The notes under the pieces were generated by a model. It saw only the letters and a list, made by a program, of their open reading frames with translations, made no database searches and was not told where the DNA came from. From positions 138,778 to 202,777 of the forward strand of contig JALMLS010000013.1 in assembly GCA_038496445.1 (NCBI GenBank): a stretch of DNA of 64,000 bases. Reading direction: 5' to 3'. Source of the DNA: Trichosphaerium sp. ATCC 40318. Its lineage: Eukaryota; Protista; Tubulinea. Positions 1 to 10,948 of the stretch are shown here, in pieces (the first letter of the stretch is position 1; each line of letters begins with the position of its first letter). The position numbers and the translations under genes are program-made.

Positions 1-1106
1 TCTGTAAAAAAAGCAGTGTATGAAAGATCAATACTATGCACATCTCTTAGCATTTTTATACCCTTGTCTTCTACTGTTGTGAATGAAAGAGAAATACTAT
101 GAACACCTTTGAGTGCCTGGATTCCTTTATCTGTTATATCATAACAGCTATCAAGAATAACGGTATGTGCACCTTGCAAAGCTTTTAATCCGTTATCTGT
201 TATCTCGGTATAACTGATATCAATACAATAAACACCCTTCATATACTCGAGCCCTTCATCAGTTACTGCTGTGGATGAAAGATTGATGCTATGAGCACCT
301 GCTAGCGCTTTAATGCTTTCATCTGTTATTTCTTTACAGCCACTCAAAGCAATAGTGTGAGCACCTGATAAAGCCTTGACACCTTCACCTGTTACTTGTT
401 TGCAATCACTTATGTCAATATTATGTACACCTGCTAATAAAGAAATACCCTTATCTGTAATCAGTTCACAAGAATTTAGGTCAATAGTATGTACACCTGA
501 AAACGCCTTCAAGCCTTCATCTGTTACATTTGTATATGATAAATCAATCTCATGTACACCTGCTAAAGTGATCAAACCTTCATCCGTTATTGATTCACAA
601 AAGTGTAATTTAATAGTATGTACACCTGCCAACGCCTTCAAGCCTTCATCTGTTACATTTGTATATGATAAATCAATCTCATGTACACCTGCTAATGCCT
701 TCAAACCTTCATCCGTTATTGATTCGCAAGAGTGTAATTTGATAGTATGTACACCTGACAATGTCTTCAAATATTCATCTGTTACATTCATGGACGACAA
801 GTTAATCTTATGTACACCTTTCAATGCCTGAATAGTGTCATCTGTGATAGATTCATAACAAAACATGTTTAAAGCCGTATTCTGGAGCAACGGACTTCCA
901 GAAAGCATTTGAACCTCGGTTTCTGTTTTAACATTGATACGACCATATCCAACATGGTTGTGAACAATATGTCGTAAATAGTGGCACGTTTGGGCTGTAC
1001 GGAGTGTGTATGGCCCTTGTTTCAGAATAAGCACTATTATTTCCATTGGAAGCGCTACAAGGTCAAATTCATGCTCGCTTGTGTTGTTTGAGTCTTTTAA
1101 TTCCAT
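1..1106 (-). CDS. F-box-like + short (21-22 aa) LRR protein, intronless, 3' end runs off the window
   Basis: Manual translation from ATG at 1106: MELKDSNNTSEHEFDLVALPMEIIVLIL...AQTCHYLRHIVHNHVGY, then repeats of xTDEGxKALxGVHxIxLS. The + strand ORF 376..831 is its antisense shadow. Confidence 0.88.
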   Translation of the reverse strand, partial: MELKDSNNTSEHEFDLVALPMEIIVLILKQGPYTLRTAQTCHYLRHIVHNHVGYGRINVKTETEVQMLSGSPLLQNTALNMFCYESITDDTIQALKGVHKINLSSMNVTDEYLKTLSGVHTIKLHSCESITDEGLKALAGVHEIDLSYTNVTDEGLKALAGVHTIKLHFCESITDEGLITLAGVHEIDLSYTNVTDEGLKAFSGVHTIDLNSCELITDKGISLLAGVHNIDISDCKQVTGEGVKALSGAHTIALSGCKEITDESIKALAGAHSINLSSTAVTDEGLEYMKGVYCIDISYTEITDNGLKALQGAHTVILDSCYDITDKGIQALKGVHSISLSFTTVEDKGIKMLRDVHSIDLSYTAFFT

Positions 1107-1634
1107 TTTAAATTACAAATAATCGCTTTGTAAAAACCGCTTTATATAAACGTTGAATACCCAGCGTAGGTTTTGGTGTTGAGTATTGCGACCCCAAAGT
1201 AAAAATCGCTAACTAGTTTGTCCACGTGATTTCTTACTTTATTTGACCGCAACAGCTTCGCTGTACCAATTTTCTTGGCTTAAACTCGTTGTGGAAAGAA
1301 ACGGTACTATTTCGGTCTTCCATTGTATGAAAAGCCACTTTTTTAGTTCAAAAGACTGAAGTCATTCTTGTCTTATACTCGTAACAAAAATAATTATTGC
1401 ACTACATATTTGTGATGTTATTTCTAGCGAGAGTGAGGCTGATAATAGAAAGGATAGAGCGTTGCTTAGTACCTCAATAACAAATGCTAACACATTCTTT
1501 AATTATCACGTGATAAAATGTGCCAATACACCTACTTTAGTCAAGTACAGTCACTAAGAAATTTTAGCGGGTGATCAACACGTTGGTGTTCCAACCAAAA
1601 CACCTTTCACGCTTTCAATAAAGAAGGTAACACA

Positions 1635-2168
1635 ATGAACAGCACAAATACTGACACCAAATCAACTGTTTGTCATCTATTTAACCTTCCAATTGAGTTA
1701 CATCTTGATATCATCGATTTAGACACCGAAACGTATTCTATATGGCCTATACTATCAAAGCATACAGCAATAACAACGAGGTTTGATCACGACTTGAACA
1801 AACATGGTAAATGGAGAAAACAACAAAGTGGAGTGTTTTTTTTACAACAAAATTGGGAGCATGGTTTAAGACACGGAGAGCACAAGGAGTGGTTGAGTAA
1901 TGGACAAATGATAAAATATTGCTCTTATATTAACGGGGAAAAAGAAGGAGAGTCTAAATCATGGTTCTTGACTGGTCAATTACTAAAACAGTGTTTTTAT
2001 GTTAAAGGTAAAAAACATGGTAATTACAAAAAGTGGTATCTCAGGCAGCGACCACGGACCTTTTGTCAGTATGTTAATGGTAAACTTCACGGAGAATACC
2101 TATACTGGGCTAGATGGGGTAGCTTAAGGAAGCATCACTACTATGAAAGTGATATGAGAGTATGGTAG
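1635..2168 (+). CDS. F-box-like + MORN-variant (YwqK/MORN_2-like) repeat protein
   Basis: N-terminal LFNLPIELHLDII, then repeats of HGEYKxWxxNGQLxxxCxYxNGK. Intronless. Confidence 0.85.
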   Translation: MNSTNTDTKSTVCHLFNLPIELHLDIIDLDTETYSIWPILSKHTAITTRFDHDLNKHGKWRKQQSGVFFLQQNWEHGLRHGEHKEWLSNGQMIKYCSYINGEKEGESKSWFLTGQLLKQCFYVKGKKHGNYKKWYLRQRPRTFCQYVNGKLHGEYLYWARWGSLRKHHYYESDMRVW

Positions 2169-2942
2169 TTGAAGGTTAGTTCAATAATAATAAACAAGCC
2201 ATTGCCTTTCAGAAACATGTGCTTTAGTTTTGTATACCTTTGTACTTTCACAATGTTAACAAAGCATACAAGTCTCTTGCCACCGCTTGTACTCATCATG
2301 TATTACCATTGACATAGGAACAAAGTCAACTTCTTCATTGTCATGGTTTTAAATACGTCATCTATGAATCTACAAATCAAAGAACTCTTCCCAACCACAA
2401 TCTCCTATGAGCCAGATTTTGAACTAATAATAGCAGAATACATTGGCAAACAACTAAACATTAACCAATACTGAATCTTTGAAACAGGCGAACCGTTTAA
2501 AGACTATGTAACTGAAACAAGGCACCTAAATTACAATAGTAAACACATCACACATACCGGATCATTCTCACAACCTAGATTCTTAACTTTGCATCTAAAC
2601 GTGGCGAGTTTGCTACCTAGTATGATGATGGTAAGAAATAGAGAAGGCGCATATTGTTTAGCCTGGCAGTTGCTTTAGTTGGGATTTGTAAGAATTTCGG
2701 CTTGCTCAACTAAGAATGCGTAGGAAGGAACGTCTTCACCAAGCACTTATTGATTGACGGATTTTCGGGTTTGGTCTTCAGGAGTAAGCATTGACCGAGA
2801 AAAAGTAGTACAATACACCCACAGTATTAGAGCCTGTATCTACTCTTGTTTATTCTTGTACAAAGAGTTTAAAGCACACCTAAGTAAGTATAAATAAGTG
2901 ATCGCTTGAAAGCCACAGATAAACTGTTTAGCAAGTTAATAA

Positions 2943-4367
2943 ATGATTTTAGGCGTAATGGAGCGAAGAACAAAGGCTGAAGCTTCACATGAACGATTTG
3001 AATACAAACCAAACCTTATTGAGCTTTTAGACATCCCACCAGAGATAATCGCTTACACACTTGAGTTTGTGGACGCTAAATCTCGATACCCTGTTTCTCA
3101 AAGCTGCAAACGACTTTTTGATATCATTCACCATCACGTTGGCTACAAGCGAATATATGTTAAATCAGCTTCAAGTTGTTATCGTCTTTCAGGAAGTCCT
3201 CTTCTCAAAAACACCACAATAGAAATAACAAGAGAATTTCATGATGCAAAAGACAGTGATCTTGCTTCTCTGTCTGGTGTTCGCAACCTGGAACTCTATC
3301 ATGCCAATCAGATAACAGACGAAGGATTGAAGTATGTTCAAGGCGCAGCTCACATTGTATTGTTTTGTTGCCCATTAATCACAGACTCTGGAATTATGAT
3401 GCTTGCAAAACACTTAAAGTACATATATATTTATCATGTTGATTGTATAACTGAACTTGGTTTGCAATCACTTGCTGGGATACAACATGTTGAAATTCAC
3501 AATTGTAAAAGTGTAACAGATAATGTCTTAAAAGCATTGTCTGGAGTACATACCATCAACCTATCTAATTGCAACAATTTTACTAACGCAGGAGTTGCAG
3601 CACTTGCTGGTGCACATGACATTAATTTGATTAGTACACCTGTTACTGATGATGGCATTAAGGCGTTAGCAGGTGTTCATACCATAGACATAAGCCTTAC
3701 AAAAGTAAGTGATGAAGGTATTGCTGCTTTGGCTGGTGTTCACACAATAGCGCTATTTCGAACGTCAGTTACGGATACAGGAGTGTCAGCATTGGCTGGC
3801 GTACACAGCATAATTTTACACCAAACACAAGTAACTGATATTGGTGTGTCAGCATTGAGTGGTGTTTATTGCATCAATTTGATAGAAACAGCAGTAACAG
3901 ATAAATGTATACCATCATTAGCAGGTGTACATACCATAAACTTGGATACTACAATAGTCACAGATGTGTCAGCACTGGCAGGTGTCCATACTATAAATTT
4001 GAGATACACAAAAGTAACTGATGAAGGTATTACAGCTTTAGCAGGTGTCCATACTATAAATTTGGAGCATACAGCAGTTACAGATTTAGGTGTGTCGGCT
4101 TTGGCTGGAGTACATAAGCTTGGTATTGCCTCATGTAAAGACATTACTGGTACATGTATGAAAAGTATTGCAGGTGTGCATGTGCTTGATGTTTCATCAA
4201 CAAACGCAACAGCTGAATGGTTTCCGCCACTTCTTTCTGGTGGTCTTAAAGAATTATGCGTTTTATGGTGTGATAACCTCACAGATACATTTATTTGTGA
4301 TCTACATATGAGCAACGTTAAAATGATTGAGAGCGAAGATGACCAGGTGTTTCTTTTTGACTGTTGA
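2943..4367 (+). CDS. F-box-like + short LRR protein
   Basis: LLDIPPEIIAYTLEF...VSQSCKRL F-box, then many 21-22-aa repeats (VTDxGxxALAGVHTINL). 474-aa intronless ORF. Confidence 0.9.
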   Translation: MILGVMERRTKAEASHERFEYKPNLIELLDIPPEIIAYTLEFVDAKSRYPVSQSCKRLFDIIHHHVGYKRIYVKSASSCYRLSGSPLLKNTTIEITREFHDAKDSDLASLSGVRNLELYHANQITDEGLKYVQGAAHIVLFCCPLITDSGIMMLAKHLKYIYIYHVDCITELGLQSLAGIQHVEIHNCKSVTDNVLKALSGVHTINLSNCNNFTNAGVAALAGAHDINLISTPVTDDGIKALAGVHTIDISLTKVSDEGIAALAGVHTIALFRTSVTDTGVSALAGVHSIILHQTQVTDIGVSALSGVYCINLIETAVTDKCIPSLAGVHTINLDTTIVTDVSALAGVHTINLRYTKVTDEGITALAGVHTINLEHTAVTDLGVSALAGVHKLGIASCKDITGTCMKSIAGVHVLDVSSTNATAEWFPPLLSGGLKELCVLWCDNLTDTFICDLHMSNVKMIESEDDQVFLFDC

Positions 4368-5450
4368 AATGTAGTATCATAAAACTGACCATATTACCTT
4401 GTCAAGCCAATTAATAAAAAACCACTTATTTTTAGATGATTCCAAACAGCTGTGACACCAAGTGTATCTTCACAATCTAAGAGAATTCTCATTTATTCAC
4501 ATGATTGTCATGCAAAATCAAAGACAATGGATTTACTGTGATAGTGGTAATCTCGTATTTGAAATGGAGATCCTAACTCTTGGCTTGTTAGTTTAATTCT
4601 GGCTGTCTCTTCTTAGGGTGTTAAGTTGTTTATGTATCCGTAAGCTTGACTGTAGTGGCGTAGCAAAGCTTCCTTTGAAGTTGGACAGTATAGAGAACGT
4701 TCACTGCAACACAAAAGGGAACATGAAATAAGCTCACAAACGGCATTGCTAGCGAAACTTGTTGGTAGGCATTAACCTTTGTGATGGATTAGCAACATAC
4801 AAGTGCGTTTAATAAAGTAACGCTAATAAATGACTCGGCCCCAATCGCGTTTTTAATAAGCTTGTGAAAGTGGATAAAAACTCATATACAAAAAGCCACG
4901 TTGCTACTTGTAACTGGTTTGTAAAACATCAGCTAAGAAATCAGAATTTTCTGCGAAATGGTCTTCTTTGTAGCCAGCTATGGCCGGTTAAACCCCAAGT
5001 TATACTATATAGTGATGGATGCTCGTGATAGTTTATTGGTATGAAAAAGCTATGATTGTAATGTGCGTACATACCTTCTGTTTCATTGATAACGCTTTGT
5101 CTTTAAAGCACCTCCTTTGATCCGTTTTATTTTGTCATTGGCCTTGTTGCTGTACATTTAGAGCAGAAACCATTTTAAGATACCTCAAGATCAATACCTA
5201 TGTACAAAATTTGTTGCTCTAATGAAGTGTAGAATGTTGCACCCTTTCATTTGACTGTCGTTTTTAGACACTTTAAAATTGTTGGAAGTAGCGAACAAAA
5301 GGGGTACAAAGAAATTGGTATCTTATCCAGCACGTGTGCTTTTCGGTATTATAAACACTTCCAAGACCAAACGTTGTTTTAAGTGAATACCAGACTTTGC
5401 TTGCGAAAATCTAAACAGCCGTTATCTTTTATTTCATAAAGTAGCTCAGT

Positions 5451-6206
5451 ATGAAACGTATGCGTGTAGAAAGTTCCCAAGACCATTTCGCTTACCAAAC
5501 GGGAGCGTCAAACCTCTTTATGAAAGAAAATCGGCCGTTTAATGTACAGAACGTTGTCCCACTCAAATCGTCAATACAAACGCATAGTTCTAACCAAAAC
5601 AAGAGAAAACTCGATAACTGTTCTACTCAATTAACAAAACGACCTCGCACGCAAGAAACAAGCGCAATGGTCATCACAGAGACGGAATCCGAGGATATTA
5701 TCAAGTTTAAGATCCTTAAACAGGTCGAATACTATCTATCTCCAGCACACTTCTATAACAACAAGTCAATGCAACGTAAATTCATTCAGAGCAATAACTG
5801 GTTCCCAATAGCCGCACTAGTTAAGTTTAAAGAACTTCGCGCCTTGTTAAAGTCTCTAAACGCCACAAACACTACCAGTCGCGATATTATACTGAACGTG
5901 CTCCAAATGTCCAAAAAAATCGACATTGACGAAACGGCATCGTGCATTAGACCAAAACGTGACGTTCCATCAATGAAACGAATCAAACAGACGTATTCAG
6001 TGTATTTTAGCGTTAAACAGAGACTACGAAAAGATCAATGGCCAACAATTGATCAACTTGGTGATTACTTTGGTTGTTCTGGACTTGTTGTTCGTATCAA
6101 GATCTCTGGACATGCTAAAGGATATGTAGCAAGGGTAGAGTACTCTTCTAAAGATTCTGCTGCTCGCGCAGTCAAGCGTGGGCATAAGGGCGGTAGTGTA
6201 ATTTAA
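5451..6206 (+). CDS. La-motif + RRM-like protein (divergent La/LARP)
   Basis: KILKQVEYYLSPAHFYNNKSMQRKFIQSNNWFPIAALVKFKELRAL aligns without gaps to the La motif. It is followed by RRM-like SVYF...LGDYFG...GYVARVEYSSKDSAARAV. Confidence 0.8.
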   Translation: MKRMRVESSQDHFAYQTGASNLFMKENRPFNVQNVVPLKSSIQTHSSNQNKRKLDNCSTQLTKRPRTQETSAMVITETESEDIIKFKILKQVEYYLSPAHFYNNKSMQRKFIQSNNWFPIAALVKFKELRALLKSLNATNTTSRDIILNVLQMSKKIDIDETASCIRPKRDVPSMKRIKQTYSVYFSVKQRLRKDQWPTIDQLGDYFGCSGLVVRIKISGHAKGYVARVEYSSKDSAARAVKRGHKGGSVI

Positions 6207-6304
6207 ACAAAAAAATGTAAAAAGTAAAAAAAACTAAGAAAACTTTCAGAGTTTGTCCAACCTTTGTCATGTTATTAGCTTCCGGCTACGGTACAATAAG
6301 TTGT

Positions 6305-6879
6305 CTATTTAAAAGATTTATTGTTTTCAGTACTTGTTACAATACTAAGTAGATACATAATAAAGAAAGGAAGTACAAAAAGACAGCCTATGTAGCTCAA
6401 TTTTTTTACTAAAATTGTTACAGGTGCTAAAGTCATTGGAGGAAGCGTGTGCTGTTGTAGTTGGAGGACAGTCAGGAGGCAAGATGTAGGATGTAATTTT
6501 GTAGGAGGGCTTGTAGTAGAAGTTAATGTTGTAGGAGGAAGTGTTGTTGGAGGTAAAGTTGTTGGAGGCAATGTAGAGATTCCAATGCACCTCTAATGAT
6601 TGTGCAGGAGTGAAGGCACTAATTGATTACAATAAAAAAGTTGTAGATATGTAATGTACTCATGCGAAAGATGTTTCAGGGTATCCAATATTGGAAGGAG
6701 CCAGTTAAATTATGTGATGAAGAGAAAATCCTCAATAAAGTTATACAAGGTAACCTTAGTGACCATAGAAAAATGGCGTTCAATGTGTATAGGTAAAACG
6801 GTACAGAGGAGAATTACTTAATGATAAGGTTATCCTTCTAAGAGTACATAAAATAAGTAGGAAGAAGTGCTTTAGTCAT
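6305..6879 (-). pseudogene. Degenerate Pro/Thr-rich (mucin-like) secreted protein remnant
   Basis: PPTTLPPTTLPPTT repeats. The upstream signal-peptide-like MTKALL...LILCTL is split by a frameshift. Confidence 0.3.
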
Positions 6880-7371
6880 AGTAAGTATTTTCTGAATAAG
6901 TGAAGAAAGATTGTTTTTTCAGAAGTATTTTCTGTTTTTCATGAATTCCTCGGTTAGATTTCTGTTTCTGTGCAACACAGGTATTGCTGTGTGTACACAA
7001 ACAGCAATTAAATGTAATATCTTCGTTGTATGCCCTAGTATGCTCACTACAGCTATTTAAATTAAAGACCGTAGATTATCAATTCCAACCCATTGGAAGA
7101 ACGAAACTCCTAAAAGCTGATTATACCGAAAAGTCTGGTACACCATTACATACATGGCGGTCCACTGAGAAATACCCAGTAATACAAAAACCGGAGCTAT
7201 GTTACCAACTAGATTTGACGCTACAAGCGCTGCATTCATCACAGCAAGGAATCAATGAAAATGTTTGAACTCGCGCCTTGTTCAAGCGCTAAAAATATAA
7301 ATAAGATGAAAGTCCTTTGGCATGTTAACAGTACTGTTATCTATGTAGTAGTTATATTTTTACTCAATAAG

Positions 7372-8344
7372 TTACACTAGCCACGACATCTCCGGCACAG
7401 GATTTTGAACTGGAAATAAAGTGGGCGGTGGATTCGCAGGTGAATGTTGTACAGAGCTTGTAAAGGATAATTGTTTCAACCGTAAACGAGTTCTTGGAGA
7501 TTTATATTCTTCTTTCTTCGATACCGTGCTTGTTTGTCGAGTACCCGCAGCATTCTGAAGCTTATGTCTTATCCTTAAGGACCTTCTGGAGTGTCTAAAT
7601 CCATGAGCATTTGCCAAAGCCTAGTACATAATTTAAAAAAAAATAATCACGTGATAGAGTACACAATAAGAAAACGAACCTCTAGTACAGGTAACACTGC
7701 TACAATATCCTCTGTTCTTCTTGTACCGATACACCAAGCTATTTTCTCCGGTCTTATTCCCCATTGGAATAAAGCTCTCAAGGCCAACCAAGTCTCCCTT
7801 GTTGACAAAGGTCCGTGACATTTAGGAAGAGGTAGCGCACTATGATCCAGCGACATCATTGCTTTGTCATGCTAAAACCAAAAATTAAGAGCGGAATACT
7901 CTGTGTGCGTAGTATCTCACCTCATCTACAACTTGAGGTACAAATACTCCGACGGAAGCGAGATGGAAACAGTTTACTCTTCCTAGAAGAAAAATCATCA
8001 AAAGGAATACCCGGCGGTAGCTAATACCTTTGTATTTTACTTTTTGGTAATGAGTTCTGACTTGTGACGGGTTTCGTGTATGTATCAATTCAGAGACCTC
8101 ATATCGCGTAGCATTGTATTGTAAACCATCAAAACCGATTCTCCATTCACGTGGTTTCCATTGCCCTTTCAAGTACCTGTATGTCATGGTAGGGTTGTTG
8201 TACACTGTTGCCGCGGATACAGCCATCCGGACATTGAACGAGGGCTTCTATATTAGTTGTTAACTAACTCTACAGATAATCAGTTAAACTACATACCTGT
8301 TGCGTGATTATCTGTGACGTTGGGGCATTATGACAAGTGGTCAT
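7372..8344 (-). CDS. Myb/SANT transcription factor with two Myb-like repeats (spliced)
   Basis: GQWKPREWRIGFDGLQ...IHTRNPSQVRTHYQK (SHAQKY-class-like) and GPLSTRETWLALRALFQWGIRPEKIAWCIGTRRTEDI. GT-AG introns join the exons in frame. Confidence 0.72.
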
Positions 8345-9959
8345 CACTGTGTTGTTTAATGAAGAGTACGTTGTTGGTGAGAATGCAGTAGTTTTGACTT
8401 TTTTTTTGTCTGTGCGTCAATTGTATGGCCTTAGAACTGAAAGTTCTGAGTTATCGCTTGTCGTATAACTAGAATTACTGTTGTTTGTAAGATTTATTTT
8501 GTTAGAAAGGATGCTTAACTGACGACATAACATGGTGTCTAAACTACTTCACAATGTGATTTGTACCATAGTTTCTGCCCTTAAAACTTTTTCGTCAGCT
8601 GTTCAATGACGTAAACACAAGTCTAAAAGGCCGTTGTATGTTATAATGATGAGTTTTAACACAAGGTTAAAGGAGTTTAGGGCGATCTTGTGCTTTTTTT
8701 TGTTAAAATGCCTTGACAATGTTGGGTACAGTGTTGTTTTATAATTATTGCCCAAATATAGGCATTACGCTAATAAAGATAATTTCTACATTGTTCACTC
8801 AGGCAAGAAACCAGTGTTTATTAACTGCGAGTTTTTTCGGGATTGTGTAACATGAATCCTTTGTGTCACTTATTTATTTTAAGAGGTTCATAAATCAATT
8901 ATTGTAACGTAAAGCTGACCCTACAGTTCAAGTAGGTACTAAGCACAGGTGACCAGCGTAGCCACTGGCTGGATCCTAAGAGATTTTTTGTGACAAATCG
9001 TACGACTGTTTAGACTAGCGTGCAGTTTTCGATGACGCGATGTTGAAAAGGAAGAAAATAATAAAATGAACTGCGAAAAATCTTCCAATTGTTCAAACAC
9101 TGTTTGCCCATCCGAGTACCAAGCGAAGTGGTTTTGAGTTCAACATTTGTTCTATTTTTTTATGCCTCTTTTCGCGATATCACTCACGTGATTTTAACTG
9201 GTTTCTAAATTCAGTGGATTTGGTTTTTAGTTTCTTTGTTGTCTACAAATTACGTGGATGTAAAAGACTTCAATGACTACCAACGAGTCAAAACTTAATC
9301 GCATTTTTGCCAGGGCCAACCCTGATTTTTCCAGGGGAACCCTTGTTAAGATGAGAAAACTAGGAAACAAAACTAAAAACCAGAAGTACCGGTTGATAAA
9401 CACGTACGCGCCCGAGATAGCTCGACTAAAACGACTAAAAATTCAATGAAAATCTGTTTGCGTTCGTTTTTGTCGCTATGTAGAACGCACCTCACCGTCT
9501 TTTTTGGTAGTAAAAACCGGTCGGCAAAAAGCACGTAGTTCGGCTTTTAATAGTTACGTAAACTGGTATTGACAAAAATTAAATGTCGCGTTATCACTTC
9601 AACAAGAATGGTTTTCGAAGACCACTTGAACTCTAGTATTTTTTATGTTGGCGGATGAAAACTGAGCTGCTTTAAACAACAAGTCTATGATCTATGCGGC
9701 CAACCTTCGCACTAATTCGTACAAGACACTAAATACCACGAATCTATTAACCCCACGTGATAATTTCGAAAACAGGCAACAAAACAAACTAAGAGGCGAA
9801 CTCTGTATTTTTACATTCTGTACAAGGTTGGGTCTATTCTAACCCACGTGTGGGTGCCAAAAAAGTCTTAACGTGAAGGTATGTTGCAAAAAAAATTGAT
9901 TAGGGAGCAAAGAGGCGTTTGGCAATTCCATGTTTTTTGCGGCTTTTTTTTTCCCTTTA

Positions 9960-10555
9960 GAAGATGTAAGGCATAAAAGCTTGTTCCTGTTGTTGCTTCT
10001 CATCTACATGTATCTTATCTACTAAGAAAGCAAGCTCAGTATCATACTCTGCACCTTGAGGACTAAAAAGGAGGATCAGATTGCCAAGTTTGATAAAAAG
10101 AAAATAAATTACGATAATTCTCATAAACCGACACTAATTTTTCATTAACAAACTGTACAACGCGTTTTTCAACGCTTGTATTGAAGCTCAAGCACTTAAA
10201 AGATGACAACAACGTAAATTCTACTTTGGTGACGATATTTTTTGTATTCTTACCTCATTTCAGGTGCGTGGGCGTTGAATGTTCCTTCTAGTTGGTTATA
10301 AGGGTTGTAATGGTTCGAAAGCGGTTGTATTTGTGTAACTGGATTTGTAGGCCTAATAGACGGTTATTTAAAAACAATGGAGACGTAGTACGTCGTTTGG
10401 CGCGCATTTGACTGAGCGCTGTATTGATTTGGTTGTGTAGGTACACTTTGTTGTGCAGGTTGTTGTGCGTGTAGATTAGGGTTAATCCGTAACTGCTGTT
10501 GAATCTTGCGAAGCAATTCTTGCTCCTCGATTTCTGCTTTACTCCTAGCCGCCAT
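9960..10555 (-). CDS. Hypothetical Gln/Asn-rich spliced protein (3' end uncertain)
   Basis: Exon MAARSKAEIEEQELLRKIQQQL... followed by splice-like sites and further short exons. Confidence 0.35.
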
Positions 10556-10948
10556 ACCTTAGTTATATTATACCTATCGCGAATAGGGTAGTTGGTGTAG
10601 TAACGGAATTGAATAATAAAGGCAAGAAGCGTAGTAACTTAACGACTACGTTTTTTAAACAACCGAATGTCCATACCGTCATGTCGTTTAGATGAAGTAG
10701 AGAAATGGTGGCTTGTACGTAGTTGCCTGATTGTTACTTTTTTTCCATAAACTGTGACTTCTGCAAATACAGTCGCGATGGTAACCAAAACGCTCTGTGT
10801 AGCTTTTGATTGCGTTTTTAATTATTTTGCGCGCTTTTTTGGACTTTCCAAGTTGTACAAAAGTTGTAGGATCTCTCAAAGCCACTACACGCTCCTGTTT
10901 AATTAATTCACGTTATTTCTTTACCGTTTGCTTATTTTTGAATACAGC

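Noticed and set aside
376-831. Repetitive ORFs 376..831, 3866..4315, 34239..34613, 55102..55305 and 21324..21728
   Set aside because: Antisense shadows of LRR or Pro/Thr repeats encoded on the opposite strand.
4420-4710. Protein-like stretches with stops here and at 2230-2620, 32150-32480 and 52915-53334
   Set aside because: Possibly gene relics, but no family could be recognised.
8022-8041. 20-nt intron in the Myb gene
   Set aside because: It leads to a stop. A longer intron (or none) preserves the frame to the second Myb repeat.
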